Assembly (NCBI RefSeq): GCF_001194135.2 | Contig: NC_068985.1 | Location: 71,367,311-71,400,386 of the forward strand | Direction: 5' to 3' | Source of the DNA: Octopus bimaculoides | Taxonomy: Eukaryota | Length of the DNA: 33,076 bases | Shown: positions 1 through 10,929 of the stretch, piece after piece | Layout of the letters: each line of letters opens with the position of its first letter | Position numbering within the stretch: the first letter of the stretch is position 1 | Made by a program: the position numbers and the translations under genes | The notes under the pieces: generated by a model | What the model was told of the DNA's origin: nothing | The model's input: the letters and a program-made list of their open reading frames with translations, nothing else | Databases searched by the model: none

Positions 1-1
1 C

Positions 2-322
2 GTCGCTCTGACCGCATCTCGGGCAGGTCGGTCCGGTGGTTTTCGAACCGTGTCTGTAGATCTTCTCTCGAACTGGTAGTGCGTCTCGATAGCATTGCCA
101 AGCCAGGGATCTCTGGAAATTATCCATAGGCCCCGGCCCGAACGTCGTCTTGAAAAGGCGGGTTAGGAATTTCTCGTCGACACCCAGGTTTGCCCCGAGA
201 GTGTCGTCAGACCTCCCCTCCACTAGTCCTCTATAGAACGCATTGGTCGTTTGGAAGTTGCACAAGTTTGATCCCGGACGGCAGAGCTGTTGTAGAGCTT
301 GGCGACACTCGCGGTGACTTAT
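2..322 (-). mobile_element. L1/Tx1-type non-LTR retrotransposon ORF2 C-terminal fragment (zf-RVT region), runs off the window start
   Basis: Stop-free minus-strand frame missed by the ORF track: HRECRQALQQLCRPGSNLCNFQTTNAFYRGLVEGRSDDTLGANLGVDEKFLTRLFKTTFGPGPMDNFQRSLAWQCYRDALPVREKIYRHGSKTTGPTCPRCGQSD. The W-x6-LP...CxxC pattern is typical of the L1/Tx1 zinc-binding domain. GC-rich relative to its flanks. Confidence 0.8.
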
Positions 323-335
323 ATATACGTATATA

Positions 336-497
336 GGCGCAGGATTGGTTGTGTAGCAAGTAGCTTGCTTACCAAGAACATGGTTCCAGGTTTAGTCCCA
401 CTGTGTGGCACCTTGGGCAAGTGTTTGCTGCTGTAGCCTCGGGGCGACCAAGCCTTGTACGTGGATTTGGTAGACGAAAACTGAAAGAATTCCGTCG

Positions 498-531
<34 letters not shown>

Positions 532-722
532 CGTCGCCTCACCATCGCTTGATAACCAACCTTGGTGCCTTTACGTCCCCGTAATCTACGCGATTCGGCA
601 AAAGATCCCGATAGAATAAGTACTAGGCTTACAAAGAATAAGTTCTGGGGTCGATCTGTTCGACTAAAGGCGGTGCTCCAGCATGGTCACAGTCAAATAA
701 TTGAAACAAATAAAAGAACAAA
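336..722 (+). mobile_element. tRNA-derived SINE, family A, full length
   Basis: Head GGCGCAGGATTGGTTGTGTAG with a B-box-like GGTTTAGTCCC, body GGCACCTTGGGCAAGTGT...GGATTTGGTAGACG, internal (TG)n, tail GGCGGTGCTCCAGCATGG...GAAACAAATAAAAG. Homologous copies recur through the window. Confidence 0.85.
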
Positions 723-756
723 ATAATATATATGTGTGTGTGAGTGTTATTGTGTA

Positions 757-1108
757 NNNNNNNNNNNNNNNNNNNNNNNNNNNNNNNNNNNNNNNNNNNN
801 NNNNNNNNNNNNNNNNNNNNNNNNNNNNNNNNNNNNNNNNNNNNNNNNNNNNNNNNNNNNNNNNNNNNNNNNNNNNNNNNNNNNNNNNNNNNNNNNNNNN
901 NNNNNNNNNNNNNNNNNNNNNNNNNNNNNNNNNNNNNNNNNNNNNNNNNNNNNNNNNNNNNNNNNNNNNNNNNNNNNNNNNNNNNNNNNNNNNNNNNNNN
1001 NNNNNNNNNNNNNNNNNNNNNNNNNNNNNNNNNNNNNNNNNNNNNNNNNNNNNNNNNNNNNNNNNNNNNNNNNNNNNNNNNNNNNNNNNNNNNNNNNNNN
1101 NNNNNNNN
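757..1108. other. assembly gap (N run) flanked by TG/TA microsatellites
   Basis: N characters. Similar gaps lie at 17986-18421, 21649-21658, 22184-22643, 23550-24288, 24892-25071 and 29118-29210. Confidence 1.
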
Positions 1109-1410
1109 ATATATATATATATATATATAGACATATATATAGACATATATATATATAAAGACGATTCGTTTGTGTGTACCTGTGTGTAATTGTCTGTGTG
1201 TCTGCGTGAAGCTGTTTTGCACGCGCCGCCGTGTGTGTGTGTGTGTGTGTGTGTATTATACTCGTACGTGTATGCGTGCACGCTGTTAATTAAACAGAAA
1301 ATGTGTAGATATTCACGTGACTATTGCGCACACACACACATGCACATACATGCAGATACACGCACATAGGCATAACCACACACACACACACACACATACA
1401 TACATACATA

Positions 1411-1446
<36 letters not shown>

Positions 1447-1561
1447 TACACATTCACGTAGACTCTATCATAGTTTGGTTTTACCTGTTCAACATCTGTA
1501 CTGGTTGACACGTGAATATATCAGCGGTTTCCTCTTGCAAAACATAATAATAATTATTATT

Positions 1562-1770
1562 ATTTTAAATTTTTGCCACAAGGGCAGCTTGGGAGAAGTG
1601 GGGATGTGTCGATTACATCAACCCAGGGTTCAACTGGTACTTATTTTATCGACTCCGAAAGGATGAAAGGCAAAGTCGACTTCAGCGGAATTTGAACAAA
1701 GAACTTAGAGCGGGCGAAATACCGCTAAACATTTCGTCCAGCGCGCTAACGATTTTGCCAGTTCGCCATC
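1562..1770 (-). mobile_element. tRNA-derived SINE, family B (CORE-like body)
   Basis: Reverse complement matches ...TTCAAATTCCGCTGAAGTCGACTTTGCCTTTCATCCTTTCGGAGTCGATAAAATAAGTACCAG, the same body as the plus-strand copy at 5361-5565. Confidence 0.85.

Positions 1771-1772
<2 letters not shown>

Positions 1773-1853
<81 letters not shown>
1773..1853 (+). repeat. (AAT)27 microsatellite between two family-B SINEs
   Basis: Perfect AAT run. Confidence 0.95.
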
Positions 1854-1854
<1 letters not shown>

Positions 1855-1983
1855 TCCTCAAATTTAGTGGTGGTGTCTAATCGATTACCTCGACTCCAGT
1901 GCTTGACTGGTACTTATTTTATCGACCCCGATATGATGAAAGGCATTTTGTCCGACGCACTAACGAATCTCTCAGCTTGCTGC
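1853..1983 (-). mobile_element. family-B SINE, internally deleted
   Basis: CTGGTACTTATTTTATCGACCCCG...GATGAAAGGCA joined directly to TTTTGTCCGACGCACTAACG, so the middle is missing. Confidence 0.75.
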
Positions 1984-2009
1984 TTTTTGTTATTATTATT
2001 AATAATAAT

Positions 2010-2190
2010 AATGGTTTCAAATTTTGGAGAACAAGGTCAGCAATTTCTGAGGGGAGGATAAGCTGATTTACATCCACCCAAGTGCTTCACTGGTTCCTAT
2101 TTTATAGACCTCGAAAGGATGAAAAGCAAAGTTAAGGTGGGTGAGATTTGAACTCAGAGCGTAAAGCGTCTGATGAAATGCCGCTGAGCG
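2010..2190 (-). mobile_element. family-B SINE, diverged
   Basis: TTTCAAATTTTGG...GAAAGGATGAAAAGCAAAG...GATTTGAACTCAGAGCGTAAAG. Confidence 0.75.
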
Positions 2191-2544
2191 GTCAAATAAG
2201 TACTACTTTATTTCAACACAGCGACTCTCACAGGCAAACATGCCTATATGAAGCGCAAACCAGTTCTAGAAGCACAGGCATGCACACAACTACGATATGG
2301 AATATACAGAGTTATTCCAGGCCTAAACACATAAACGTAGAATTCTACACGCACACATAAACACATCCGTAGAAGTGTTTACACGGATTAAGGTAGACGG
2401 AACGAGGGACAGTTCGACACAAATTTGTTCGCAGCACGCACACACGAACACAAGACATGCAAAAACGAATTAGATTGTCAGGCAATCAATGTCAGTCATA
2501 TATACGCGTATGCACATGCATACGCATTGTAGTCCTAGAACAGG

Positions 2545-2574
2545 GAATAACTACTTTAAACATATAACGAACAC

Positions 2575-2628
<54 letters not shown>

Positions 2629-2795
2629 TCATGCGCACATTTGTACGCTCATAAAAACATATACACCCACGCGCACACATATACATATACATATTTACAC
2701 CTTTACATACATATATGCACACATACATACATACATACATACACACATACATACGTAGTTTCATACAAATGCATATACACGCACATACATACATA
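2545..2795 (+). repeat. (CA)n/(CATA)n compound microsatellite
   Basis: Direct reading. It generates the HT/CV-repeat ORFs in the track. Confidence 0.9.
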
Positions 2796-3074
2796 CAGTG
2801 ACTCATTCATGTTTACCCTTTTTTAGTTGGAAGGGAAAGCAGTGTTCACGACCTTTCACGGGAAACCCGCAATAAGAAGGGATGGAAGACGATGTCTTGA
2901 AATCAGGGATCTGACCCGAATGTTTGATGAGTAGATTTCGTAAAGGTGCAAATGGACGATTGTGTTTACCAACCAAGTAGGCCATGGCGAGAATTGAACA
3001 CAGAACGTAAAGACCCAGAACAAATTCCGCAAAGAATCCGCTCCGATGTTCTTACATTTCCACCAGTCCACCGT

Positions 3075-3195
3075 ACTGGGACTGGGATATTTTCTTCGAC
3101 TTCCAAAAAAGAAAAAAAAACTGACCTCGGTCGGATTTGAACTCAGAGGATACCGAATTGGAACAAATACTGTTAGTTATTCTATCGGACGCGAT
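3075..3195 (-). mobile_element. family-B SINE remnant
   Basis: GACCTCGGTCGGATTTGAACTCAGAG matches the family-B B-box region. Confidence 0.55.
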
Positions 3196-3231
3196 AAAAA
3201 AAAAGCTGACGCTTTCGACATGTCTATGAAA

Positions 3232-3297
3232 GAATTCTGTTGGAATATTCTTGACAGGACTTCAGTAAAACGTAGTCCTAACAGACCAGATATCATT
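3232..3297 (+). mobile_element. short R4/Dong-type restriction-like endonuclease (RLE) fragment
   Basis: EFCWNILDRTSVKRSPNRPDII aligns without gaps to EHWWNIFIKTSVKCKHNRPNIV of the fragment at about 4195-4260. It contains the NRPD motif. Confidence 0.65.
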
Positions 3298-3307
3298 CAT
3301 ATAAGAC

Positions 3308-3525
3308 CCCTTTAGCATTCAAATCACAAATGTTTAGTTTATTTATTCACATTGTTTTAAACTAATCATAGTTGATACACAATACACAAACTCGACTGGT
3401 TCGCCGCCTAAATTCATCATGCATTATCTTATAACTTCTAAGTTTCGATTATGCAATTGTTCATTTTTTAGAATAACATTGTAGGGTATGTATGAGAGGA
3501 CAAATCTAATCAGAAAATGAAAACG
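3308..3525 (+). mobile_element. truncated non-autonomous DNA element, possibly piggyBac-like (CCCTTTAGCATT end)
   Basis: Starts with CCCTTTAGCATTC, which I recall as a cephalopod MITE terminus. The right end and a TTAA duplication are not seen. Confidence 0.35.
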
Positions 3526-3875
3526 TCCCGGTCGACTAATTCGAGATCTTTACATACTCCACCTAATAATTTCGGAAACTAGTCTAAATTATTGAGATGC
3601 AGGATTATGTAACACCCTCAATGCCAATCTCTGCAATCTGTGTTTCACACAGCCAGAAAGGTAAAAAAAAAATACATCAGATTAGAAAATTAGAGTTACA
3701 AGAAGTAATGGGACAACGAAGTATGCAAAACCTTTTGTAAGCACATATACACACGTTTAGACATACGAATATATACAAATACAAATCAACACATGCTACG
3801 ATAACCACACTTGTACATGTGTATACATGTGCAATTACATACATACATTCATACAAATAGACAGACAGAGCGCTC

Positions 3876-4690
3876 CTTACATCACACTTTGAAGGCTATG
3901 CATTTGCAATACAAGAACAGGAGATTGCTACTAAATACCTAATAAACAAAAGAAACAGTGAAGTCCTTGAAGTTCTAAGATGCAACAGGAAATTTAGATT
4001 ATGTCATATTTCTGTGGAAGACATCACATATATGATTAGCAGCTGCCCAAAAATATCATCAAGGTACTTCCTTTCTATGCGACATGACGCTGTCGCAAAA
4101 GCAATATACAATGCCATTCAGAAAAAAAGACTGCCCAGGAATAACTGTAGAGAATCCCCGTTATTTAGTACATATATCCAAACATCAATCCAAGGAACAC
4201 TGGTGGAACATTTTCATCAAAACATCTGTCAAGTGTAAGCATAACAGACCAAATATTGTTGTTTGGTACAGACAAGCAAAAGTATTTACCGTGATAGAAG
4301 TCCTGATGGTGTGAATATCTCTTTGAAAATAAAAGAGAAAGATGGTAACTATGGATAACTGCTTCGAAACCTCCAGATTACAAATTTACATTGGTACCAA
4401 TAATAATTGGTGTACTTGGTTTTGTGTGTAAATGCTTAAGTGACGCCCCGCATGAGCTTGGATTTTCAGAAAAAGAAATCAGCCAACTAATTCACACACT
4501 AAAAATACAATCTGTATGGGGAACAATAAAAATATGCAAGACTTTTCTCAAGTTTAGAACGTGACATTGTCTTCATTATCTACATTGGAGCTTAGAATGT
4601 TTGTTAGGAACCGGCTCTTTCCCTAGAGGAAGAATTTAAATAACTAAAAACAAGAGAACATACATGCATACATTCATACATACATACCAA
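3876..4690 (+). mobile_element. 5'-truncated, decayed R4/Dong-clade non-LTR retrotransposon (zinc knuckle + RLE domain + 3' UTR)
   Basis: Frames read LTSHFEGYAFAIQEQEIATKYL...FRLCHISVEDITYMISSC...RHDAVAKAIY / WWNIFIKTSVKCKHNRPNIVVW...VIEV / KEKDGNYG*LLRNLQ / YKFTLVPIIIGVLG...GTIKICKTFLKFRT* (stop 4562-4564). Decayed CCHC knuckle, frameshifts and an internal stop. Ends in (CATA)n. Confidence 0.85.
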
Positions 4691-5009
4691 TTCAACGGTG
4701 ACGGCAAGTTTATATGGGAAATTCTGTTTCACCTGACAATTTCTGCCTCACCTTTGATAACTCACACATACCCAAAGACACAGTAATATCTAGAAGATTC
4801 CCTAAACGCTAAAAGTAGTAGTCAATTCACACTCAAATCTCACCCTATGATCTTTAAAAAAATGTTTCATTTGTTTTTAGACTATAGGCTGTGATTGGAG
4901 TACATTGGAAAATGCATTCCTACATATATAAAAATATGGAATAGTCATAAATGGAACGCCGGTGGTCATAGTTGATGCTAATATATAACAGGTTTAATAT
5001 ATATATTGA

Positions 5010-5021
5010 ATGAATAGATAA

Positions 5022-5069
<48 letters not shown>

Positions 5070-5120
5070 ACATAGACAAGCAGACAGACAGTTAGATGGA
5101 TAGATAGACAGGTAGATCGA
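5010..5120 (+). repeat. (GATA)n/(GACA)n microsatellite
   Basis: Direct reading. Confidence 0.9.
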
Positions 5121-5244
5121 CAGACTGACAACATATTAATAAACAACGTCCAAACACAATACACCCAGCAAAGATGCTAACAGCTTTTAAACGCAACATA
5201 CAAACACCAGTAACAACGAGAACGAGCTGAAATGTAGTCTCGTA

Positions 5245-5960
5245 GCCTGCTAGAAATAGCAGCCAAATCTCCCTCAATTGAATATAATGTAGTTTTGGGT
5301 ATGCTATATCTAAAAGAAGAAAAAATGTGATGGTTGTCACGTTTGGACTGCATTTTATCTTAGGCAGACGCATTAGAACGCCGGGTGAAATCCTTAGTGG
5401 TATTTCGTCTGCCTATAAGTTCTGAGTTCAAATTCCGCCGAGGTCGACTTTGCCTTTCATCCTTTCGGGGTCGATAAATTAAGTACCAGTTGCGTATTGG
5501 GTCAATCTAATCGACTGGCCCCCTCCCCCAAAATTTCGGGTTTTGTGCCTAGAGTAGAAAGAAGCAAGAATATCAGTCAGACAACGAAGAAACTTTATGT
5601 GGTCGCCACATGTGCTAAAAATATCAGCTAAATCTTTCAAATCGCATTCAAAAATGTAGTTCCAGATATACTGTCTAAAAAGACGAGTGTTCACGACCGG
5701 AATGGTTTTTGAACAGTACCAAGTAACAACGACCTGTTAGAAATCACAGCCAAATTTCTCTCATATCACACCCTACCGTTATATATAACGAAGTATACAA
5801 TGAATCAGCGAGTGAGACCCTGTTAGAAACAGCAGCCAAATCTGCTTCGTATAACAGCTCTATCGTCTTGCAAAGAGAAAGGCACGTTAGATAATGTAGT
5901 TCCATGTTTAAAAAGATAATAAGTGATGGCCACTGTTGGAATGTCTTTCCTGGTTGGTCT
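5245..5960 (+). repeat. cluster of four degenerate copies of an unclassified dispersed repeat (family E, motif TAGAAATAGCAGCCAAATCTCCCTCAA)
   Basis: Motif variants at 5251, 5616, 5738 and 5824. Further copies at about 6850 (+), 9012 (-), 13430 (-), 19800 (-) and 27660 (-). Confidence 0.65.
5361..5565 (+). mobile_element. family-B SINE, near full length
   Basis: GTTCTGAGTTCAAATTCCGCCGAGGTCGACTTTGCCTTTCATCCTTTCGGGGTCGATAAATTAAGTACCAG...GTGCCTAGAGTAGAAAG, with a B-box-like GAGTTCAAATTC. Confidence 0.9.
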
Positions 5961-7094
5961 ACAGGTTGAAGCTGGTGTTGGCAATGACGTAACACCAACG
6001 TCTATGGAACATGAATTCAACAGCGTAGTTCTACAAATAAAGGAAGTCGGAATGGGCAAGGGTTAACGACTTTCATTTTGAAGGGGGTCATGATTGATTG
6101 GCAATAACTATCAGTACTCCCCTGCCTCTGTTGTCACTTCATTTTTGCCCGTACACAGATACACACACGCATACATAACATTTATACACACACACACACA
6201 CTATTCCACAGAAATTACGCAACTTGACTATTTCTTTCCTAGTTTATACGTTCGATTTGTGATCTAAGGTTTGTTTCAAGTGCTGCTCGTTGTTGCTTAA
6301 CTGAAAAATCCGATTGAATTGTAGAACATTTAAGAGAATGCCGACGAATTTCGTTGTACATTTAACGCAAAGTATTTAATGTTATAAGCTAGCTTTCTTT
6401 CGGACTAAAAAAATAAGGGTTTCTATGCGATCACTTACACTGCTTGAATTAAGTCCTGACTTTGCTTAATATCATATCCTGTCGCTCTAAAGCAGAAGGT
6501 TACGTTGGTGGATAGTATAGTTCTAAAATAAAATAAGATAAAATAAAATACAAAAAACACGAGAAATACGGGAAGGTCAAGATGGGCAGACCTTCTATCA
6601 TGGAGTTACTTCCATTAGTGTATCTAAAAGGAGCGGGGAATGCGTCCCCACCGGATTGCATTTCGGGGCTTGAGTCACGTTATGTTGTGTTTGTAGCGGG
6701 AATGGTTCAAAAGATTCAAAGACAACACCAATAGGTACAAATTCTGCCTTCTCATCTGCATCAGAGCTGGGGTTAAACAACAACAGCTGCCACTACAATA
6801 TCGACGACACACAATCGAATCTGGAAGTTTCCTATATGGTCGATTGGTCAGCAAGAAACAATACCCAAATCTCTCAAAAATCACATACTGCCTTTAGAAA
6901 ATAGGAGAGATAAGAAAGTGGGGTCTGAGTTATACTTTTTTTTTTTTTTTTTTTTTTTCCTCATTTCGGTTATAAGGTTTATTCCTTTTGGTACAGGATT
7001 TTCTTGCTTTAGGGATGCGACTGAAATGTTACTCTAGTCGACACATCATTCTGTCTGACACTAGCCAAGACATTTTCCTGTCATGTGGAGGATA

Positions 7095-7660
7095 GTAATA
7101 CGAGGCGGAGTTTGAACTCAGAATGCAAAGAGCTGGGATATTTACTGTAATGCATCTTATCCGACGCTCTTACAATTCCGCCAATACACAAACCTCGACT
7201 GGTATTTTATTTATTTGTTGATTTCAAATTTTGGCATAAGACCAGTAAGTTCGGGTGAGGGGCTAAGTCGATTACATTGACCCCAGTGCTCAACTGCTAC
7301 TTATTTTATAGACCTTGAAAGAGTGAAAAGCAAAGTCGACTTCAGCGGAATTTGAACTCAGAGTGTGAAGACGGACGAAATGTCGCTAAACATTTTGCTC
7401 GGCGTGTTAACGATTGAGCGAGCTTGCCGCTTTACTTTAATGCAAAAAATAATGAAACGTCTTAAGATTTTATAATTACTAAACAAGTAACTAAAGAAGT
7501 AATTAAATTAAATAAGCCAGCTCGCTGTCTTATTTTATTTATTTACCGACAACAACAAAAAAGGGTAATGTTGAATTCAATGAGATTTGAACTCAAGTGC
7601 AAAGAGACGTAGAAAATATTGCAAGGCAGCCTGTTACCGAAGATCTAGTGACCCTGCCAA
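7095..7660 (-). mobile_element. three adjacent family-B SINEs (7095-7185 degraded, 7215-7432 good, 7530-7660 degraded)
   Basis: Each contains a variant of GGAATTTGAACTCAG. The middle copy carries the complete body. Confidence 0.7.
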
Positions 7661-8117
7661 TTTACCAAATTTCGAGTTTTACAACGACTGGGGGAAGGAA
7701 GAAAAAGGGTTGGTCGCGACTAGGACGCTTTTGATTATAAATCTACTTAACTGGGACTGTCCCATAGTAAACTAGCGACTGCACTGGAAGTGTCGGCAGA
7801 CGATAGTATCAGCAAAATCTACAAACTTCACTGAATAAATTTTACAGACAGACAACAACTGAAAGTCTCCTCACACACGGTTGTTTATGTATTTTATATT
7901 TTTATTTTTCTCTGAAAGACGAACTGGAATTTGTTGTTGTTGTTATTGTTGCTATTGTTGTTTAGCCAAGCTAAGCAAATTCCACCTGTAATCGTCTTTC
8001 TTTCTTCCCTTCTTTCATTCATTCTTTCTTTTTCGTTTTCTCTCCCCCATCGCACACACCAGTTATAATGTATCATCTGTGTTTCTCTTTTTGCCCCATT
8101 TATGGTTTACTCTAGAA

Positions 8118-8376
8118 CTGTGGTTCTCAACCAGGGTCCATATGACCCTTAAGGGTTCATATAAGACTTTGTTGCTAAAAATTTATGTGCAAATAAATTG
8201 GTTATACTTCTACAAGACAAAATATTTTAACTATTTTTTTATACAATTCCTAATAATATTTAATTATAAAAAATATAAAGGCTTTTTTTTTAAAAACATG
8301 GAACGGTTATGAGATTCCATCCGAGTAAAGTAGGAATCAAAGGGGTCTATAGGCAAAAAATGGTTAAGAATCACTA
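8118..8376 (+). mobile_element. hAT (Charlie-like) MITE, internally deleted
   Basis: TIRs CTGTGGTTCTCAACC / GGTTAAGAATCACTA. Left flank CTCTAGAA fits the NTCTAGAN target preference; right flank GCCTAAAG is only a partial TSD. Same family as 28756-29087. Confidence 0.75.
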
Positions 8377-8624
8377 GCCTAAAGGCAGGGGATGTGCTCA
8401 AAACCACCACAGGTCCTCTATGACAGTTCAGTAGTGATATAGTTTTGATCTTCTTGGACAACTCCTCGCAAATCAAATCTTGCATAAGAAGGGTGAGATG
8501 GATGCTTTGATAGGTTGATTTCCTGGAGAAGGATTGGGTGTAGTTGTTAAAGGGAGGCCCACGAGGCAAGCAAGCAGACGTAGTATGGATGACAAGAGGA
8601 CTAGATGTGTGTCTGTGCCGAGTG

Positions 8625-8869
8625 GATAGAGGATAAAGTATAAAGATCTATATGACTCATAGGGCCGGTTTCCATGGCGCATATATTCCCCCACCGGAAC
8701 GGGACGCCGGTCTGTCGCAGGATTACTCATTTTTGCCAGCTGAGCGGACTGGAGCAACGTGAAATGAAGTGTTTTGCTCAAGAACAAAACGCGTCGCCTC
8801 GTCAAGGAATCGAAACCAGTCTTAAAACCATGAGCACAGCACCCTGACCACTAAGCTACCCGCCTCCAC
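8625..8869 (-). mobile_element. tRNA-headed CORE SINE with a Meta-like 3' domain (family C)
   Basis: Reverse complement: A-box GTAGCTTAGTGG, B-box GGTTTCGATTCC, CORE-like TTCTTGAGCAAAACACTTCATTTCACGTTGCTCCAG..., then CTGCGACAGACCGGCGTCCCGT...GGAAACCGGCCC, which resembles the Meta domain as I recall it. Confidence 0.7.
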
Positions 8870-9336
8870 TGTCGGGTACACCAGGGTATAAATGACACGT
8901 GACAGCCAGATTGGAAGAGGTACAGCCTACTATTGTAGCAGTAGAAGAATGCATCTCTGTCAGCTGCTGCTATGGTTCTTCGTGTTCTTTCAAAATGGAA
9001 GTGTGTGACTTGAGAGAGATTTGGCTGCTATTTGTGGCAAGTCGCACGATGACATAAAAGTTCTCTTGTTGGCTTGGGGATGTGTTTGGGGATGAAGAAA
9101 AGTGATTTTGTGTTTTTTAACGTACTTTTACGTAAATATTATTATTGTTTTGTTTTTGTTTTGTTCCTTTTACGTTTATAATTGCCTGTCTCACTCTACG
9201 AATGTATTTGTGTCTATGTCTGTCTGTCTACCAAAATATCTGTCTGCATACCTATACGAATTGTTATTTAGCAATCTATATGGGTGTATGCATGTATGTA
9301 TGTATGTATGTATTTATGTACGCAGGTATGTGTGTG

Positions 9337-9540
9337 TATTTATTATTCATGTACAAGAATGTTATTAACAGTGACTTCGAAGTTTCAGCCGGCTAAGATA
9401 TCGTCGGACGAATACTTAGCTGGCCCAACATTCGAAGTCTCTATCAACAACATTCTTCTATAAGGACAATAAATTTGTACTCTACAAAAGTTGAGTGACC
9501 CATCAGATTAATGTAGGATTGTTTTCATAACAGAACGTAA
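9337..9540. mobile_element. two inverted copies of a hammerhead-bearing repeat (Penelope pLTR-like, family P) joined as a palindrome
   Basis: 9340-9386 matches 14780-14826 in the same orientation; 9431-9535 matches 14720-14820 in reverse orientation. The right arm has AATAAA about 30 nt after the GTC site. Confidence 0.7.
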
Positions 9541-9552
9541 AGGCAAGTATTT

Positions 9553-9820
9553 ATGTACGCATGTATGTATGTACGTACGTATATTATATATGTATGTATA
9601 TTACGTATGTCTATTATGTATGTATGCATGTATGTATGTATGTATGTATGTAAGTATGTACATATGTATATTATATATGTATATTATATATGTATGTATA
9701 TTATGTATGTCTATTACGTATGTATGCATGCATGCATGTATGTATGTATATATATGTGTGTATGTGTGTATGTATGTATATATGCATGTATGTATGTACG
9801 TATGTATGAATGCAAGTATG

Positions 9821-9851
<31 letters not shown>

Positions 9852-9905
9852 GTATGTATGTATGTATGTATGTATGTGTGTATGTATACATGCCTGTATG
9901 CATAT
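9553..9905 (+). repeat. (TATG)n compound microsatellite
   Basis: Direct reading. Confidence 0.9.
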
Positions 9906-9906
9906 A

Positions 9907-10301
9907 TTCTTTTACTCTTTACTCTTTTACTTGTTTCAGTCATTTGACTGCGGCCATGCTGGAGCACCGCCTTTAGTCGAGCAAATCGATTCCAGGACTT
10001 ATTCTTTGTAAGCCTAGTACTTATTCTATCATTCTCTTTTGCCGAACCGCTAAGTTACGAGGACGTAAACACACCAGCATCGGTTGTCAAGCGATGTTGG
10101 AGAGACAAACACAGACACACAAACATATACACATACATACATACGAGCTTCTTTCAGTTTCCGTCTACCATATCTACTCACAAGGCTTTGGTCGGCCCGA
10201 GGCTATAGTAGAAGACACTTGCCCAAGGTGCTATGCAGTGGGACTGAACCCAGAACCATGTGGTTGGTAAACAAGCTACTTACCACACAGCCACTCCTGT
10301 G
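9907..10301 (-). mobile_element. family-A SINE, full length, low divergence
   Basis: Reverse complement gives CACAGGAGTGGCTGTGTGGTAAGTAGCTTG...GGTTCAGTCCCACTGC...GGCGGTGCTCCAGCATGGCCGCAGTC...AAAAGAGTAAAGAG. Confidence 0.9.
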
Positions 10302-10450
10302 TTTGTGCAAGTATCTATGTTTATATGCGTATATGTTTGTATGTATGTATATATGTATGTATGCATGTATGTATGTATGTATGTATGCATGTATGTGTGT
10401 ATCTATGTACGTACGTATGTATGAATGCAAGTATGTATGCATGCATGCAT

Positions 10451-10499
<49 letters not shown>

Positions 10500-10929
10500 C
10501 AATCAGCATGCCTTCTTCATGTCTGCAGCACACGTATAACCTACGCGCGCACTCATGCACTCACACATTCATTCACGCTCATCCAGCTACGTCTACACTC
10601 CGTCTGTGTTATGCGCGAACTGTAATAAATTCACCTATAATCAATCACTTGTCGTTAGAATCCTTCCTGTCATGGTGTAGTTAATAATTCATAGTTGCCA
10701 CGTGACAGATATGCTGTCGCAAACTTTTCAGTGGACCATGGAGGCTCTGAGACTATTTTCCATGAAACCAAAACAGTAAAAACTCTGAGTGACAGAGGGT
10801 AGTCCTTCATAAGACCTTTGTGGATTTTTCATCTTCTTTAAATACTGATGATGGTGGTGGTTTTAATGGTAGTGGTGGTGGCAGCGGCGGCTGTGATGTG
10901 GGTGACGAGACGACGATGATGATGATTGT

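Noticed and set aside
2803-2985. Minus-strand ORF MAYLVGKHNRPFAPLRNLLIKH...
   Set aside because: HNRP resembles the RLE motif only superficially. The rest does not align to the neighbouring R4 fragment and I recognise no family.
5963-6062. Possible plus-strand exon VEAGVGNDVTPTSMEHEFNSVVLQIKEVGMGK after CTACAG
   Set aside because: The acceptor lies within a family-E repeat, the donor (GTTAAC) is weak, and the peptide is unrecognised.
7770-7815. Hammerhead-like CTGATA...TGCCGACAC on the minus strand
   Set aside because: Both core boxes are mutated, there is no helix II 5' strand, and the flanks do not match family P.
8385-8615. Minus-strand frame CHPYYVCLLASWASL*QLHPILLQE, faintly Tx1-like
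   Set aside because: Similarity is only a loose Y..LL..W pattern, too weak to call without a search.
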